From Eledone cirrhosa (Eukaryota), in assembly GCA_964016885.1 (NCBI GenBank), contig OZ024745.1:27962001-28026000 (forward strand): DNA of 64,000 nt, given 5' to 3'. This document shows, piece after piece, positions 43,714 through 57,404 of this stretch. The notes beneath the pieces are model-generated. The model made no database searches. It was not told the origin of the DNA and worked only from the letters and a program-made list of their open reading frames with translations. Position 1 is the stretch's first letter. Each line of letters starts with the position of its first letter. Made by a program: the position numbers and the translations under genes.

Positions 43714-43785
43714 TGTTTTATCTGATGAAAACACAAATATTATTGCTTGATGATGTTTTGTTTTTGAAATGCGCATAATAAAATA
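43714..43785 (+). ncRNA. Type I hammerhead ribozyme
   Basis: tgttttat-CTGATGA-long stem II-GAAA, perfect palindrome atgcgcat, AUA site at 43777, ataaaata. Confidence 0.87.
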
Positions 43786-43906
43786 TATGGAACTCCTTTA
43801 ACCATCTTTTGATCTTATATTATGCATACTCCAGTCCCACAAACTGTAGAGTGCTTCTTATCCGATATCTGCATTGCTTTATTGTACTACAATAAAACTC
43901 ACCTCC

Positions 43907-43952
<46 letters not shown>

Positions 43953-44033
43953 ATTAGAAAGTGAACAACACAAAATATAGCTACTCCATTGACAATGGTT
44001 TCTGGATCCCAGACAATAATAATATATGTTAAC

Positions 44034-44104
44034 ATTTCCGTCTGACGACCAATCCAGACGTATATTATTATTGTCTGGGATCCAGAAACCTTTGGTAATG
44101 GAGT
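44034..44104 (+). ncRNA. Type I hammerhead inside an ~80-bp-arm inverted repeat (43946-44140)
   Basis: ttccgt-CTGACGA-..tccagac..gtctggg..-GAAA-cc-ttt-gg-TA-atggag; same family as 36920, sharing the catagag(t/c)actc tail. Confidence 0.75.
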
Positions 44105-44193
44105 AGTTATATTTTGTGTTGTTCACTTTCTAATTAAATAGCTCTGTTCTATACATAGAGTACTCTCTTTTCCTTTGCTTTTCCTTCGGAATT

Positions 44194-44257
<64 letters not shown>

Positions 44258-44404
44258 CATAGATTTGATAGAGCTATTCGGCAATATCATAACAGAGGGC
44301 CCTTTCCGATTCATCTCGCTTGTTTGTTCTGAAGTGAGCTAGGCAGTAACAGAGAGGACGCTCCGTTGTGGTTTTAACGAGCATTTATATATATTTAAAT
44401 ATAT

Positions 44405-44672
<268 letters not shown>

Positions 44673-44759
44673 GAGAAGTTGTTGATTAAGTCGGTGTCCA
44701 CTCTTTTACTCGCTCGATAAATTCATTCAAGTGACATCAAGTATGTAGATATATGTATT

Positions 44760-44794
<35 letters not shown>

Positions 44795-46175
44795 GAATAA
44801 TTATTGTGCTTTGAAGCAAATGATATTGCCTTTAGTTCTTGAGTTATAAGAACTTCTTACCGGAACTTTGAATTCTTATATATTTTGTCTATACAGTGAT
44901 ACGAGATTCGACGATTTTCTCTATATTTTGTATGTTCACATTAGATGACATTCAAATACATACAAATATTATATTAGCTCTGATAAAGCAGACATATTAT
45001 CAAATGTGTTCTAGCACTTTTAAGGCAATGGATTGTTAGAATCCTTAGAATGTCGGACATTACAGACTATTACGTTCTGAGTTCAAATCCTGCCCATATC
45101 AACCTTGCCTTTCATCTTACCGAGGTTGATAAAATATAGTACCAGTTAAGTACTGAGGTTGACATAGTGGGTTTTCCCCTCACCCAAAATTGTTGGCCGT
45201 ATGTCACTGTTAAAAATAAATATTTAATATGTCCTTTCCTTATCTGAGTATCTGAGAACGATCACATAAAGCTTTTCTTATTGGCTCGACGGCAATATAT
45301 GTTAAGGTTTGATGAAATGGTACGCTATGAAGTTCATGCATTTTCCAAAAACATTACCATCATAACAGAAATATTAACTAAGTCATGGGATCGGTTTCAC
45401 AAGAAGCTTACATGTTTTATGTTGTTTGCCACAACATTTCGTATATGTCATCGTTTTCCTATTACAAAGAAAAAGTTGTCCTTGATGATACAGTAAGGGT
45501 ATATGGAAAATGAAAGCGGCATATATGAAGAGATTGCAACCTAAAATCAATACCAAATCTTAAATTCGGTTAAGTAGGTTGGGTTTTATTTCTAACATAC
45601 AAGAACGCTTGTCCCAAATTCTCGGTATATTGATTTCTTAACTTATGCATAAGGGTTACTCTTTAGAAAAATTTAATATTATAACAATCATATCTATTTA
45701 AAGGGGATTTCGACGAAGATGAAACGAAATGGCGTCTTCCAGTTACAGAGTTTGTTTGCATTCTAGTTTGTGGTACATGCTGATGATAAGTATTAAGAAA
45801 GGTATTATTACTGGTTTGTAGGATTTGATTATAAATTATTGATTTGTATGGATTAGACACAAGATATACATTTGTTGTGGCACAGTATAGTTATATGAAT
45901 ATTTCTGTATATATTATTGGCACTCATCTCATCGATCTGATCATGGTAAAAGACTATGTTGGTTGTAGGAAGATCAAGAGACGATACGATACACAATGTA
46001 ACTAATATCTGCGTTGCTAACCTGATACTTAAATATAAACTTTGACTTTAATACCATGTTGTTTATCTTTATAACAAAGAATCTACATATCTACATATTA
46101 GATATGTATATAGTTATACACGTTGGTGCAGTCTCGGTAACACACCCGGTATTTATTTAATACAGATATAACTTT

Positions 46176-46249
<74 letters not shown>

Positions 46250-46295
46250 ATATGGAAAATGAAGAATTGGTGATGCATCGAAACACAATTTATTA

Positions 46296-46388
46296 ACGTA
46301 TTACAATTGTTTCCCCGGCGAACAGCTCGATGTGCGATCTATTAGTAGTTCGAATCTGACTCTGGATTCGCAAGTTCCTCAGATACGT
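46296..46388 (-). ncRNA. Type I hammerhead in a diverged palindrome (~46243-46585); degenerate mirror copy at 46437-46529 (+)
   Basis: Minus strand: acgtat-CTGAGGA-..gcgaa..ttcgc..-GAAA-caattg-TA-atacgt; stem III acaattgt is a perfect palindrome. Confidence 0.8.
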
Positions 46389-46647
46389 CTAACGACTTCA
46401 AAGAAAATCCTCTGTCTGTTGCTTCGAAGTCCCTAGACGTATCTGAGAAACTTGCAAATCCAGAATCAAGTTCGAACCACTAATAGATCACATCTCGAGC
46501 TGTTCGCCGGAGAACCAATTGTAATACGTTGACAAATTGTGTTTAGATATATCACTGATTCTTCGTTTTTCCATATTATTATACTCTGCTCCGAAGGAGC
46601 ATAGAATGCTCAACCGGCATACCGCCTGGAAGCAACGAAGCAGCCTT

Positions 46648-46686
<39 letters not shown>

Positions 46687-46962
46687 CTGGTATCTCAAAT
46701 TAATACCATTGAACAACAAATGTATTATAGACACCCTATATATTTCCGTGGGTACTAGTACCTGTGGGATATTAATCTCATTTTATGTATATTCTCCCAT
46801 GTGTGTAGAGAAAAAAACGTTGTACCTTGCTGCTATAATATTCCCGCTTTTACTAACGGCCAGTTTATGTGTGGGTCACTTTAACGGCCTGACCTCATAC
46901 TATCTGGCAGTGGGCGATATATTTACAAACTGTGAGACTTTACGTCGTATAGAATGGAAATA

Positions 46963-47041
46963 GCTATCTGAAGAGCTGATCTTTCCATTGGAAATTCTCT
47001 GAATTTCCAATCTTTTCTGAAGCGAAACCGCCGGTAATAGC
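46963..47041 (+). ncRNA. Type I hammerhead ribozyme
   Basis: gctat-CTGAAGA-gct..attggaaatt/aatttccaat..agc-GAAA-ccgccgg-TA-atagc. Confidence 0.82.
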
Positions 47042-47267
47042 ATTTTGGACAGGTGAATATTTAAATCGTATTTTAATTTATTTAAAAGATTGTTTAATGT
47101 TTGCTTGTTCGGCTCATCTCATTATATATATAAGTTAATTAGAAATAGTCAATTAATCAAATATATATATCCCAGCGCATCCGGATGACCGTTAAATTTC
47201 GAATCTTTATGTTAGTTAGAAATAGTCAATTAATCTAATGGCATAAGATTTCTGACTATAAAATTTA

Positions 47268-48340
47268 TAAAGATTTATATTATAGTATAATATCATATTT
47301 AAAGTATTTGCAAACATGAGAAAGAAAAGACTTAAGATTTTCTTCATCCCGACGGTAATCCAAATTAAATTATATCAAAAAATGTTTTTTTATATTAAAG
47401 AAATTTTATATTAAAAAATAATCATTATATAATTTAGAAAATAATTACAATTATAAATTTAAAATTAGAATGCCCTTAAGTATCCAAAGGCCATATAAGT
47501 GTACTTTAAAAGGATATTATTAAACTAGATATACAAAGAGTACATTGTTTAAAGTTTAAGACGATATTAGTCAGTTATATATAATATAATAAATATAATT
47601 ACTCCTAATAGTGTTAAAAATAAAGTTTTACGTCAAGTATTATATTTAAAAAAATTATTCAACTCGGATCATTTAATACATATATACTATAAATATACAA
47701 ATCAAACTTCATGAATCATAAAACACAGATTCAAAATAAATAAATGAATGTTTTGCGATCCTATAAGTGTCAAATATATAAGCTATATGATTTAAAAATA
47801 CAAGAACATTTTTTTAAGGATTTATATTATAGTATAATATCATATTTAAAGTGTTTGCAAACATGAGAAAGAAAAGACTTAAGATTTTCATCAACCCGAA
47901 GGTAATCCAAATTTAATTATATTTAAAAAATTATATTAAAAAATAATCATTATATAATTTAGAAAATAATTAACAATTATAAAACTAGAATGCCCTTAAG
48001 TATCCAAAGGCCTTATACATGTACTTACAAAGGATATTATTAAACTAGATATACACATTTGTCTAAATACATACAGAGTATACTGTTTAAAGTTTAAGAC
48101 GATATTAGTCAATTATATATATATAATAAATACAATTACTGTTAATAGTGTTATAAATAAAGTTTTACATCAAGTTAAGTGGAAAAAGTTAGTCGACTAG
48201 GATCGTGTAAGACACATATACCATAAATATATAAATCAAACTTCTTGAATCTTAAAACATATTCAAAATAAATAAATGAATGGTTTACGGTTCCATATAA
48301 TTGTCAAACATATAAGCTATATATTTTAAAAATACAATAA
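47268..48340. repeat. AT-rich tandem duplication, ~547-bp unit x2
   Basis: gatttatattatagtataatatcatatttaaag..aaacatgagaaagaaaagacttaag at ~47272 and ~47819. Confidence 0.88.
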
Positions 48341-48475
48341 ACCCCCTTTGTATTATATGTAATTTTTTCATGTCTCAATCTGAAGGTATATAAATATTGA
48401 GTTTTGTCCTATCTTATTCACTGTCATGACTGAATTTTAACCATCTACTTAGTCAAGGTATGTCAAGCATCATCT

Positions 48476-48542
48476 TATTTTATCTGATGAGGACGTACTG
48501 TTGTAGATAGCTCAGTACCTCTGAAATATGTATAATAAAATA
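48476..48542 (+). ncRNA. Type I hammerhead ribozyme
   Basis: tattttat-CTGATGA-gga-c-gtactg..cagtac-c-tct-GAAA-tatgta-TA-ataaaata. Confidence 0.85.
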
Positions 48543-48620
48543 TACTTGATCACACGAATGTCTATAGTTTGTTAATATTTTGAATTAATATATAATTATA
48601 TATATATATATATATATATA

Positions 48621-49197
48621 CATGGTGGCTGCCAACTCGTTTTCGAGTACGGCCACTACTTTATATGTAGAAGAACCCCTACCGATGCGCTGAACAAGTG
48701 TGACATTTTAGTCCAGCCAGCAACTTGAAAAGTCTGGTACAAACACTACACTGTGACAATTATTGACACATAGTGCTGGGCCCATGGTACCATATGACGA
48801 CAAGTGCAGAGAGATCTCCAGATATAAAGCAATGCCTGTGCCGTGAAGCTTTTATAGTGAGCAAAGGCACTGCACAAAGCCAGTCCCACTCTCTTAACCA
48901 AGATGATATTTACCAAAAAGAACAAGTCAACATCAATGGATATCATCAGAGTTGCAGGTGTTATATCAGAGTTTTCTTTCTCCTAGAATTCTGCCTTGAC
49001 AAAGGCTAAGGGGTCATCTCTCCCGGTGATTTTGGATGGCCATTAACTTTTAAGAGCTCCTTTGCCCTTTGACAGGTTTTGTTTTTAGTCCTACAGGATG
49101 TCCAAAGTCACCCTCCTCACCAAGAAACCTTGGTGGGGTTGCCAGTTTAGTCGCCAACGACCCGATCATGGTACAGGTTGTACTGGGATACATGTTA
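48621..49197 (-). mobile_element. Inverted copy of the 33856-34451 repeat
   Basis: Reverse-complement identity. Confidence 0.75.
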
Positions 49198-49230
49198 CAT
49201 ACATACATGCATACATATATACATACATAC

Positions 49231-50964
49231 ATCTTTCTGGGTGATAGCTTGTCAGTGCTACTCTTCGTTCTCTCACTGAATCCACTATCTTACCTACTCA
49301 GGAAACAAGGTGGACAAAGAAGTGGGTCCAGAAGTATCTCCCATCTTTTCTTTGTTAATGACCTGAAGTTGTATGGGCCAAATATCAATGACATCAAGAA
49401 ACAATTGGACCTCATTACACAATTTTCAACCGACATCAAAATGAAATTTGGTGAGTCCAAGTGTGCATATTTGGCAGTAAAAAGTGGAAGAGCTGTCCCC
49501 TCCTCTAGAAATCTAGAGATGATCGGCCTGACATTACAACCTCTACGGTCAGGTGACAACTACAGATATCTTGGACAGGATGAGAATGTCAGATATGATG
49601 GACCCATAAATAAGGAGAGAACCAGAACTGAATACCTCATAAGAGTAAAGAAAATATGGTCATCAGAACTGTCAGCGTACAACAAATACATTGCCCACAA
49701 TACTTATGCTGTGCCAATTCTAACGCCAACATTTGGCCTGCTGAACTGGTCATTGCAAGAACTAAGTGAGATGGATGTTAGAACTCGCAAACTTCTCAGT
49801 GTTACTGGGAACTTTAACATCAATGGTGATGTGGATAGGCTATACTTCTCACGCAAGGAAGGTGGCCGGGGTCTAAAATCAATATTAACAACATATGAGA
49901 CCCGGATAGTAACACTGAAGCAACACCTTCAACAGAGGAAAAAGGTTGGCAACCATCTTGCCCAGGTTTATGAGCATGAAAGAAGAAATATCATTAGAAT
50001 AGCGACTGATCTGGAGGAGAGATGTGGAATAAAGCCTGATATAAATCTCTCACCCAGAGAAATCGGAAGATCCTATTCAATGTTCAAACAAGATTAAAAA
50101 ATTGACCAATTTACAGAAAAGGTTTTGCATGGATACTTGAGACGTAAAACACAGACCATAGAGGGGATAAACCACTCAAAAAGCCTGGCATGGAGTTCCG
50201 ACAAGTTTATGACATCACATCTTGAGGGATATCTCTATGCAATACAGGAACAAGAACTCCCTACCAAATATCTGCTGCACAAAAGAGGAGGGCCAGCAGC
50301 TGACAATAAATGTAGGCTATGTAAAACAAAGATCGAGGATGTAAGCCACTTTGTTGCCAGCTGCGAAAGAATGTCATCTCGCTACTACCTCCCCATGAGA
50401 CACGATGGGATAGCGAGAACCATCTGGAACGCACTTCGGAAAACAAAATTAACAACAAACGAGGAAGAATATATTGAGACAGATGGCACTAAGGAATACT
50501 GGTGGAACCTGAAAATAAAAACTGCCACCAAATTAAAGCACAACCGGCCTGATATTGTTGTTTGGGACCACACATTGAAAACGTGTTCTGTTGTGGAGAT
50601 CAGCTGCCCACTTGATGTAAACGTTGTCAGAAAAATACAGGAGAAGGAGGACATCTACGGACCATTGATGTGGAGTTTACAAATCCAGTATCCAAGATAC
50701 ACCTTTAGCTTCATACCCATCATTATTGGAGCTACGGGTTATATACCAACCCGCTTGGACCAAAGTATGACTGAACTTGGATTTGCGGACAAAGAGCGCA
50801 GCTCCCTAATTCATAGTCTACAAATGGCTGCGATAGTTGGCACCTTCAAAATTTGCAAAACATTCTTGCGATTCAAGGGATGACAATTTCTTTTCATTTA
50901 CAACCTTGCCACCAGGAAGGTGGCCGGTCAAAAAAATATACTCGAAATTAAGAGAAAGAGATAA
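49231..50964 (+). mobile_element. 5'-truncated R4/Dong-like non-LTR retrotransposon (RT, CCHC finger, restriction-like endonuclease); one in-frame stop at 50095-50097
   Basis: GDSLS, HLFFVNDLKL, YRYLG, LYFSRKEGGRGL, CRLC..E..SHFVASC, RHD, RPDIVV..D, VEISCP..K; both listed ORFs are in one frame; (TACA)n on both sides. Confidence 0.9.
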
Positions 50965-51030
50965 CATACATACATACATACATACATACATACATACATA
51001 CATACATACATACATACATACATACATACA

Positions 51031-51622
51031 ATGTCATCGCGGTACTATTTACCTATGATATCAGATATTATGATATGGAACAAGGAAAAGAAGGTATGCA
51101 CAGTAGTGGAAGTTAGCTGTCCAGCAGATGCCAATATAATATCAAAGATTAGCGAAAAGAAGAATATTTATGCAGAACTGATGAGAAATCTGCAGATACT
51201 CCACCCTGATTACACCTTCAGATTTATGCCTGTGATTATTGGGGCACTGGGATATGTTAGTAACTGCCTCAATACAAATCTTGAGAAGCTGGGCGTCACA
51301 GGAACAGAAAGAACACAACTAGTTAGGAAATTACAAGTACAATCCATTAATGGAACAGTAAAAATATGTAAAACATTCCAAAACTTTTGCATCTAATAAC
51401 TGCATATACACATGCACAGATAATAAGCGTACACACATGCACACATACAACTCAAAACATACACATCCACACATACAATAACCTCCATATCTACACATGC
51501 ATGCATGCATACATACATATCTACCTAGTTGATGTGTAAATTCCAATGAGAGAGCCTTGTGTCTATGTTAGAAATCGACTCTCTCTCTATTGGTAAAAGT
51601 TTGTGAAATTATAAAACCAGAA
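51031..51622 (+). mobile_element. Short 3' fragment of a second R4/Dong-like subfamily (RLE domain plus 3' UTR)
   Basis: SRYYLPM..DIMIW..VVEVSCPAD..K.NIY..PVIIGALG..VKICKTF; flanked by (TACA)n. Confidence 0.85.
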
Positions 51623-51696
51623 CATACATACATATATACATACATACATGAATACATACATACATGAATACATACATACATACATGCATACATATA

Positions 51697-52508
51697 AAAA
51701 ATATCATTAGAATAGCGACTGATATGGAGGAGAGATATGGAATAAAGCCTGATATAAATCTCTCACCCAGAGAAATCGGAAGATCCTATTCAATGTTCAA
51801 ACAAGATAAAAATAGACCAATTTACAGAAAAAATTGTGCATGGATACTTGAGACGTAAAACACAGACCATAGAGGGGATAAACCACTCAAAAAGCCTGGC
51901 ATGGAGTTCCGACAAGTTTATGACATCACACCTTGAGGGATATCTCTATGCAATACAGGAACAAGAACTCCCTACCAAATATCTGCTGCACAAAAGGGGA
52001 GGGCCAGCAGCTGACAATAAATGTAGGCAATGTAAAACAAAGATCGAGGATGTAAGCCACATTGTTTCCAGCTGCGAAAGAATGTCATCTCGCTACTACC
52101 TCCCCATGAGACACGATGGGATAGCTAGACCCATCTGGAATGCACTTCGGAAAACAAAATTAACAACAAACGAGGAAGAATATATTGAGACAGATGGCAC
52201 TAAGGAATACTAGTGGAACCTGAAAATAAAAACTGCCACCAAATTAAAGCACAACCAGCCTGATATTGTTGTTTGGGACCACACATTGAAAACGTGTTCT
52301 GTTGTGGAGATCAGCTGCCCACTTGATGTAAACGTTGTCAGAAAAATACAGGAGAAGGAGGACATCTACGGACCATTGATGAGGAGTTTACAAATCCACT
52401 ATCCAAGATACACCTTTAGCTTCATCCCCATCATTATTGGAGCTACGGGTTATATACCAACCCGCTTGGACCAAAATAATATACTCGAAATTAAGAGAAA
52501 GAGATAAC
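51697..52508 (+). mobile_element. Third R4/Dong-like copy, truncated, with premature stop and internal deletion
   Basis: Near-identical to 49986-50764 plus the same 3' end aatatactcgaaattaagagaaagagataa; TGG>TAG at 52211. Confidence 0.9.
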
Positions 52509-52769
52509 ATACATGCATACATGCATGCATACATACATACATATGTACATGCATGCATGCATACATGCATGCATGCATACATACATACATACATGCATAC
52601 ATACATGCATACACACATATATGCATACATGCATATATACATACATACATACATATATACATACATACATACATACATACATACATACATACATACATAC
52701 ATACATACATACATACAACCTTAGTTCCTGAAAGATAAGCAACACTACCGTGGATATATATATATGCAA

Positions 52770-52879
<110 letters not shown>

Positions 52880-53594
52880 ATAATCATTCGGGTTAACTAA
52901 GGCGGATATAAAAATCAATTTGAAATCAGTGTTAGGGCTTTAGCATGATATCATTATGTAATAGATGTCTATTCGCAAGGTCTTCCTTTAGAAATTTAAC
53001 AATGGAAAGCGTAAGAGTGTTAGATGAGAAGCAGGAAGCAATGTCACAGTCATTAAATCATCACTTTTAATCATTCTTTTCGTTAAGAAGACGATTAGCA
53101 AATGTAGGAACCACGTCATATGATAGAGTAATTAAATTTTGTTATTGAATCGTTAATTACATTTGTAAACGTAATATAATTAAAATAGAGATTTGCTTTT
53201 GGCTTAGTCATTCGCTGTGTTTCACTGTTTAATAATTAGAAAAAATATTCATTAAAACAATATCTGCTTTAATTATGAAAGATTGGTAACTAAAGATTAT
53301 TTAATATTTTTTGAAAGCAATTATTGTCGAATATTGTTAAAGTGACCGTCTCGAGAATTTCACTTTTTCAGTCATGAGTGGATTCTGCACATTTGAACAA
53401 CTTCTTTTTACTGGTTTTACTCATTAGACTGCGGCCATGCTAGGGCATCACCCTGGGAGAATTTTAGTCGGTCATTCCAACACCTGTGGTTGTTGTTTTT
53501 AAATCTGTTACTTAATGTTTCGACCTTCTTTTTTTTTGTCAATCCACGAAGTTACGGGACATAAATAAGTGGTAATATACACAGGAGCGCAACA

Positions 53595-53930
53595 CACTCA
53601 CACTCACAATACACACACATAAGCACAATACACATGCACATTCACAACACACATGCACATTCACAACACACATGCACAACATATATGCACATTCACAATA
53701 CACATGCACATCCACAACACACATTCACATTCACAACATACATTCACAACACATTCACAGCATATATCCACATTCACAACACACATTCACAACACACATT
53801 CACAGCATATATCCACATTCACAACACACATGCACAACACACATTCACAGCATATATGCACATTCACAACACACATGCACAACACACATTCACAGCATAT
53901 ATGCACATTCACAACACACATGCACAACGC
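53595..53930. repeat. CA-rich minisatellite (cacattcacaacaca / cacagcatatat units)
   Basis: Direct reading. Confidence 0.85.
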
Positions 53931-54385
53931 TCAACGGTGATGAAGTAGTGGAAGGGAGGCTTTTAACATTAAAGGTTTAAAAACTATTAATATTATTTGA
54001 TTTATTTATTAACTTTAACTTAGTCAATAGTGAGTTTGGTATCTTTCATGGTTCATTTCTGTCATTAAAAGCGAGGATGTGACTAATGTCATGTGTACTA
54101 TGGCTAAGGTTCTTACATGTCCGGCGTGGTAAGAGGAGGGGGGTGATTAAAATGCAATGTTCTGGGTAATAATGTGCACAGAGAGATAGCACGTTGTTGT
54201 TAGGGACGGAAGCTGGCAGAGTTAGTGACACTGGCTTCGGCCATTTTAGCTAGCATCTCATTGCCATTTAGTTGGTAGTACACTGGATTCTTCATTAGAC
54301 AGTAAACGCACGTCATGTGCGGCTAAGATGATATTTAAGTATTTATTTATTTTTTGTCTCTAGTTGTTTGTTAGGTAATGTACTG

Positions 54386-54579
54386 CAGACCTGCCAACCT
54401 CTAAAAACCCATACGGGGAGTAGCATGAAAAAAAGTGCCCCAAAACGGGGAGGAATGAAGAAAAATGGGGAGATTTTACATAATGAAAGCTATACCCATT
54501 TTCACAAGAGAAGACATCTCTCACCCACCCAAAGTGGGTGGGAGATCTTCCTGTCGTGCGGGGAGAGTTGACAGGCCTG
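54386..54579. mobile_element. 194-bp MITE, hAT-like, with 6-bp TSD
   Basis: TIRs cagacctgccaac / gttgacaggcctg (11/13); gtactg duplicated at 54380-54385 and 54580-54585. Confidence 0.75.
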
Positions 54580-54773
54580 GTACTGTATCTAGTAGAGTTT
54601 ACTGTTTTAGGTTACATTTAATTACTTCAATCTATTATTATTATTTTCCATTATTGGGTTCATACTCAGATGTTTCGTTCGTTCAGTAATACCTTATAAC
54701 CATAGTTACATTTCTTGCTTTATAAAGTTAGGTTTACTGTCTCATATCCCACTTAATTACTTCAATCTGTTAT

Positions 54774-55235
54774 TATTATTAGTTTCCCTGGGGATTGGCA
54801 GAATCGGTAGAGCGTCGGACAAAATGCTTTGCGACACAGAGTTACGTCCCTTTACGTTCGGAGTTCAAATCGCGCCGAGGTTAACTTTGCCTTTCATCCT
54901 TACGGGGTTGATAAAATAAAGTACCAGTAACGTACTGGGTCGATTTAATGGACTTTCCCCTCTCCAAAATTACTAGCCTTGTGCCTATACTAGAAATCAT
55001 TATTATTAGTTTCCCTGGGGATTGGCAGAATCGGTAGAGTGTCGAACCAGATGCTTCGCGACATAGAGTTACAGCCCTTTACGTTCGGAGTTCAAATCCC
55101 GCCGAGCTTAGCTTTGCCTTTCCCCCTTACGGCGTCGATAAAATAAAGTACCAGTAAGCATTGGAATCGATTTAATCGACTTTCCCCTCCCTTCAAATTG
55201 CCGGCCTTGTGCCTAAAGTAGAAACAATTATTATT
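54774..55235 (+). mobile_element. Head-to-tail dimer of the major SINE
   Basis: tattattagtttccctggggattggcagaatcggtagag at 54774 and 55001. Confidence 0.9.
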
Positions 55236-55836
55236 ATTTGACTTTGTTCGGTTCATACTCAGTTGTTTCATAATGTTTAGTGTTGGCTTATAGTCGTATA
55301 TACACAGATATTTAATTGCTGAGTCCGTAGCTTTGCTTCCCTCCTTTTCAGATTTATCGGTTCGATAAGTAGGCTAGGGTTTCAATTAGATTTAAGAGTG
55401 ATTGCAGGGCTCCGTTTGGAGCAGTTGGGGTTCTGATGGTTGATTGGGAGGTTATCATCGTTGTGTATCTGTATGCCTGGTCAGATTTGTTGTGGGCATG
55501 GATCTCTTGTACTGCCTGATGGATGCACTGATTGTGTGTGAGTGTAATACCAACTAAGTAATGGGGTTGTAGTCACTGCAGAGTAATACAAAAACTACGT
55601 AATACTACAGTCGCAGTCTGATGGTGTTTGTTACCTCTATACTAGTAATTGGTGCAGATTTGTTGTTTTAGTGAAAGGACTAGAATTTGGTTTTGAAAGA
55701 CGTTTTTGAATTTAGTTTATGACTGATGTGGTGCGAGTTAATTATAGAATTGTGGCTTGCGTTTGTTTAGGTTCGCAGTTAATATAGTTTTCATTTGTAT
55801 TTGTTTGCGCCCTGGTTAATGCATATATTGTCTTAG

Positions 55837-55938
<102 letters not shown>

Positions 55939-57315
55939 GTGATTCACACTAACGGTGATATTTTATTTTATGATATTTCCCATCTTATAAGTTTTATCAT
56001 ATTAGCGCATTCAAATGCAATCTTACTAATAAGATTTTAATGGAGCTGCATTTTTAATACATTTAAGTTGCTGTCAAACTTAGATCACAATCTAGTTTCT
56101 ATTCCTGGTTTCTATCTAGTTTCTATTCCTAGTTTCTAATTCGGTTGACGCCAGTAATACTTTCAAAGGAAGAATGTGCATCCTATCACACTTGACGTTG
56201 TGAGGAGCTAATCTCCCGTTGCAAAAAATATTAACTGTTTATCTAACTCCTGGGCACGCCGTGGTGACATACAGCGTTCTTGGACACTTTAAACCTAGCA
56301 GATCCCATTCCAGGTCAGAATATATCCAATTTCTTCTAGAGAAGGAGAAAAAGAATGATAGAGAGAGGGTGAGTGTGAGAGAGGGGAGGAGGAGTGAAAA
56401 ATAGATATACAAAAGGAATTGACCCCAGTACTAAACTGATACTTCTTTTATCGACCTCAAAATGATGTAAATAATGTTAATAATTCCAAATTTATATGAG
56501 AAAATTCTAAAATTGTATAGTTTTAACTTCTGTTTTTCTCTGGAACAAAATAACTCATTGAAGTGTTACAACGCCACATACTTTATGTGGTTGGATATGG
56601 TCAACTGAATCTATCTTATATTTATTATATCAAGGCTGACAAAATAAAACAATTGAAACCCACTCTAGTGGTTTTCGAATTTAAGATGTAGTGAAATATC
56701 ACTTATCTACTGTTTCTCTCAACTCATCAACTGCTCTCGTGTACTAAAAAATATATTTAAAAATGAAATGGCAATTTATTGGAAAATGCGATGGCTTCGT
56801 ACATTTTAGAGAAAATGCATTCAATAAACAGAGAATTTAGAAGAAATTCCTGAGAAAACCCGTAATTGAAGAAACCTTGTTTTACATAATTCACGGTTTG
56901 ATAGATAAACCCAGAAAAAATGAATTTGAAATCCAAACAATTAATGGCATACCAATTCCTCAGATGATGAGAAAAAACGATACGGTTAAATATAAAATAC
57001 GTATTTTCTTCTGATTATCAATATCAATACAATATATTTCGATCATTCGGGGGAAATTATAAGGCTTCCTGACAGAGTTTCTGCTGGTTTCAACTATTGA
57101 TATCAAATACATGAAATGGGAAAGGTATGTAATGAAAAATCAATAAAGTTTACTAGTTTGAATGTTGTTATTTCTTTTTTTTATATATCTTAATGTTATA
57201 ATTATTTGCTATCTGAATTGATTGTAAATAAAATATTGTCCAATGGACAAGGCAACGAATTAGAAAATCTACTTAAATTTTCTCACTGACTGAACAGAAG
57301 AATTTTGTTAGTTCT

Positions 57316-57404
<89 letters not shown>

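Larger units (their letters stand above)
43517..43823. mobile_element. Inverted repeat, 136-bp arms (43517-43652 / 43688-43823), each arm carrying a hammerhead
   Basis: Arms are reverse complements; 35-bp spacer. Confidence 0.92.

Noticed and set aside
49069-49230. N-terminal part of the 342-aa ORF as a fusion protein
   Set aside because: Chance read-through from a neighbouring repeat and (TACA)n into the truncated RT.
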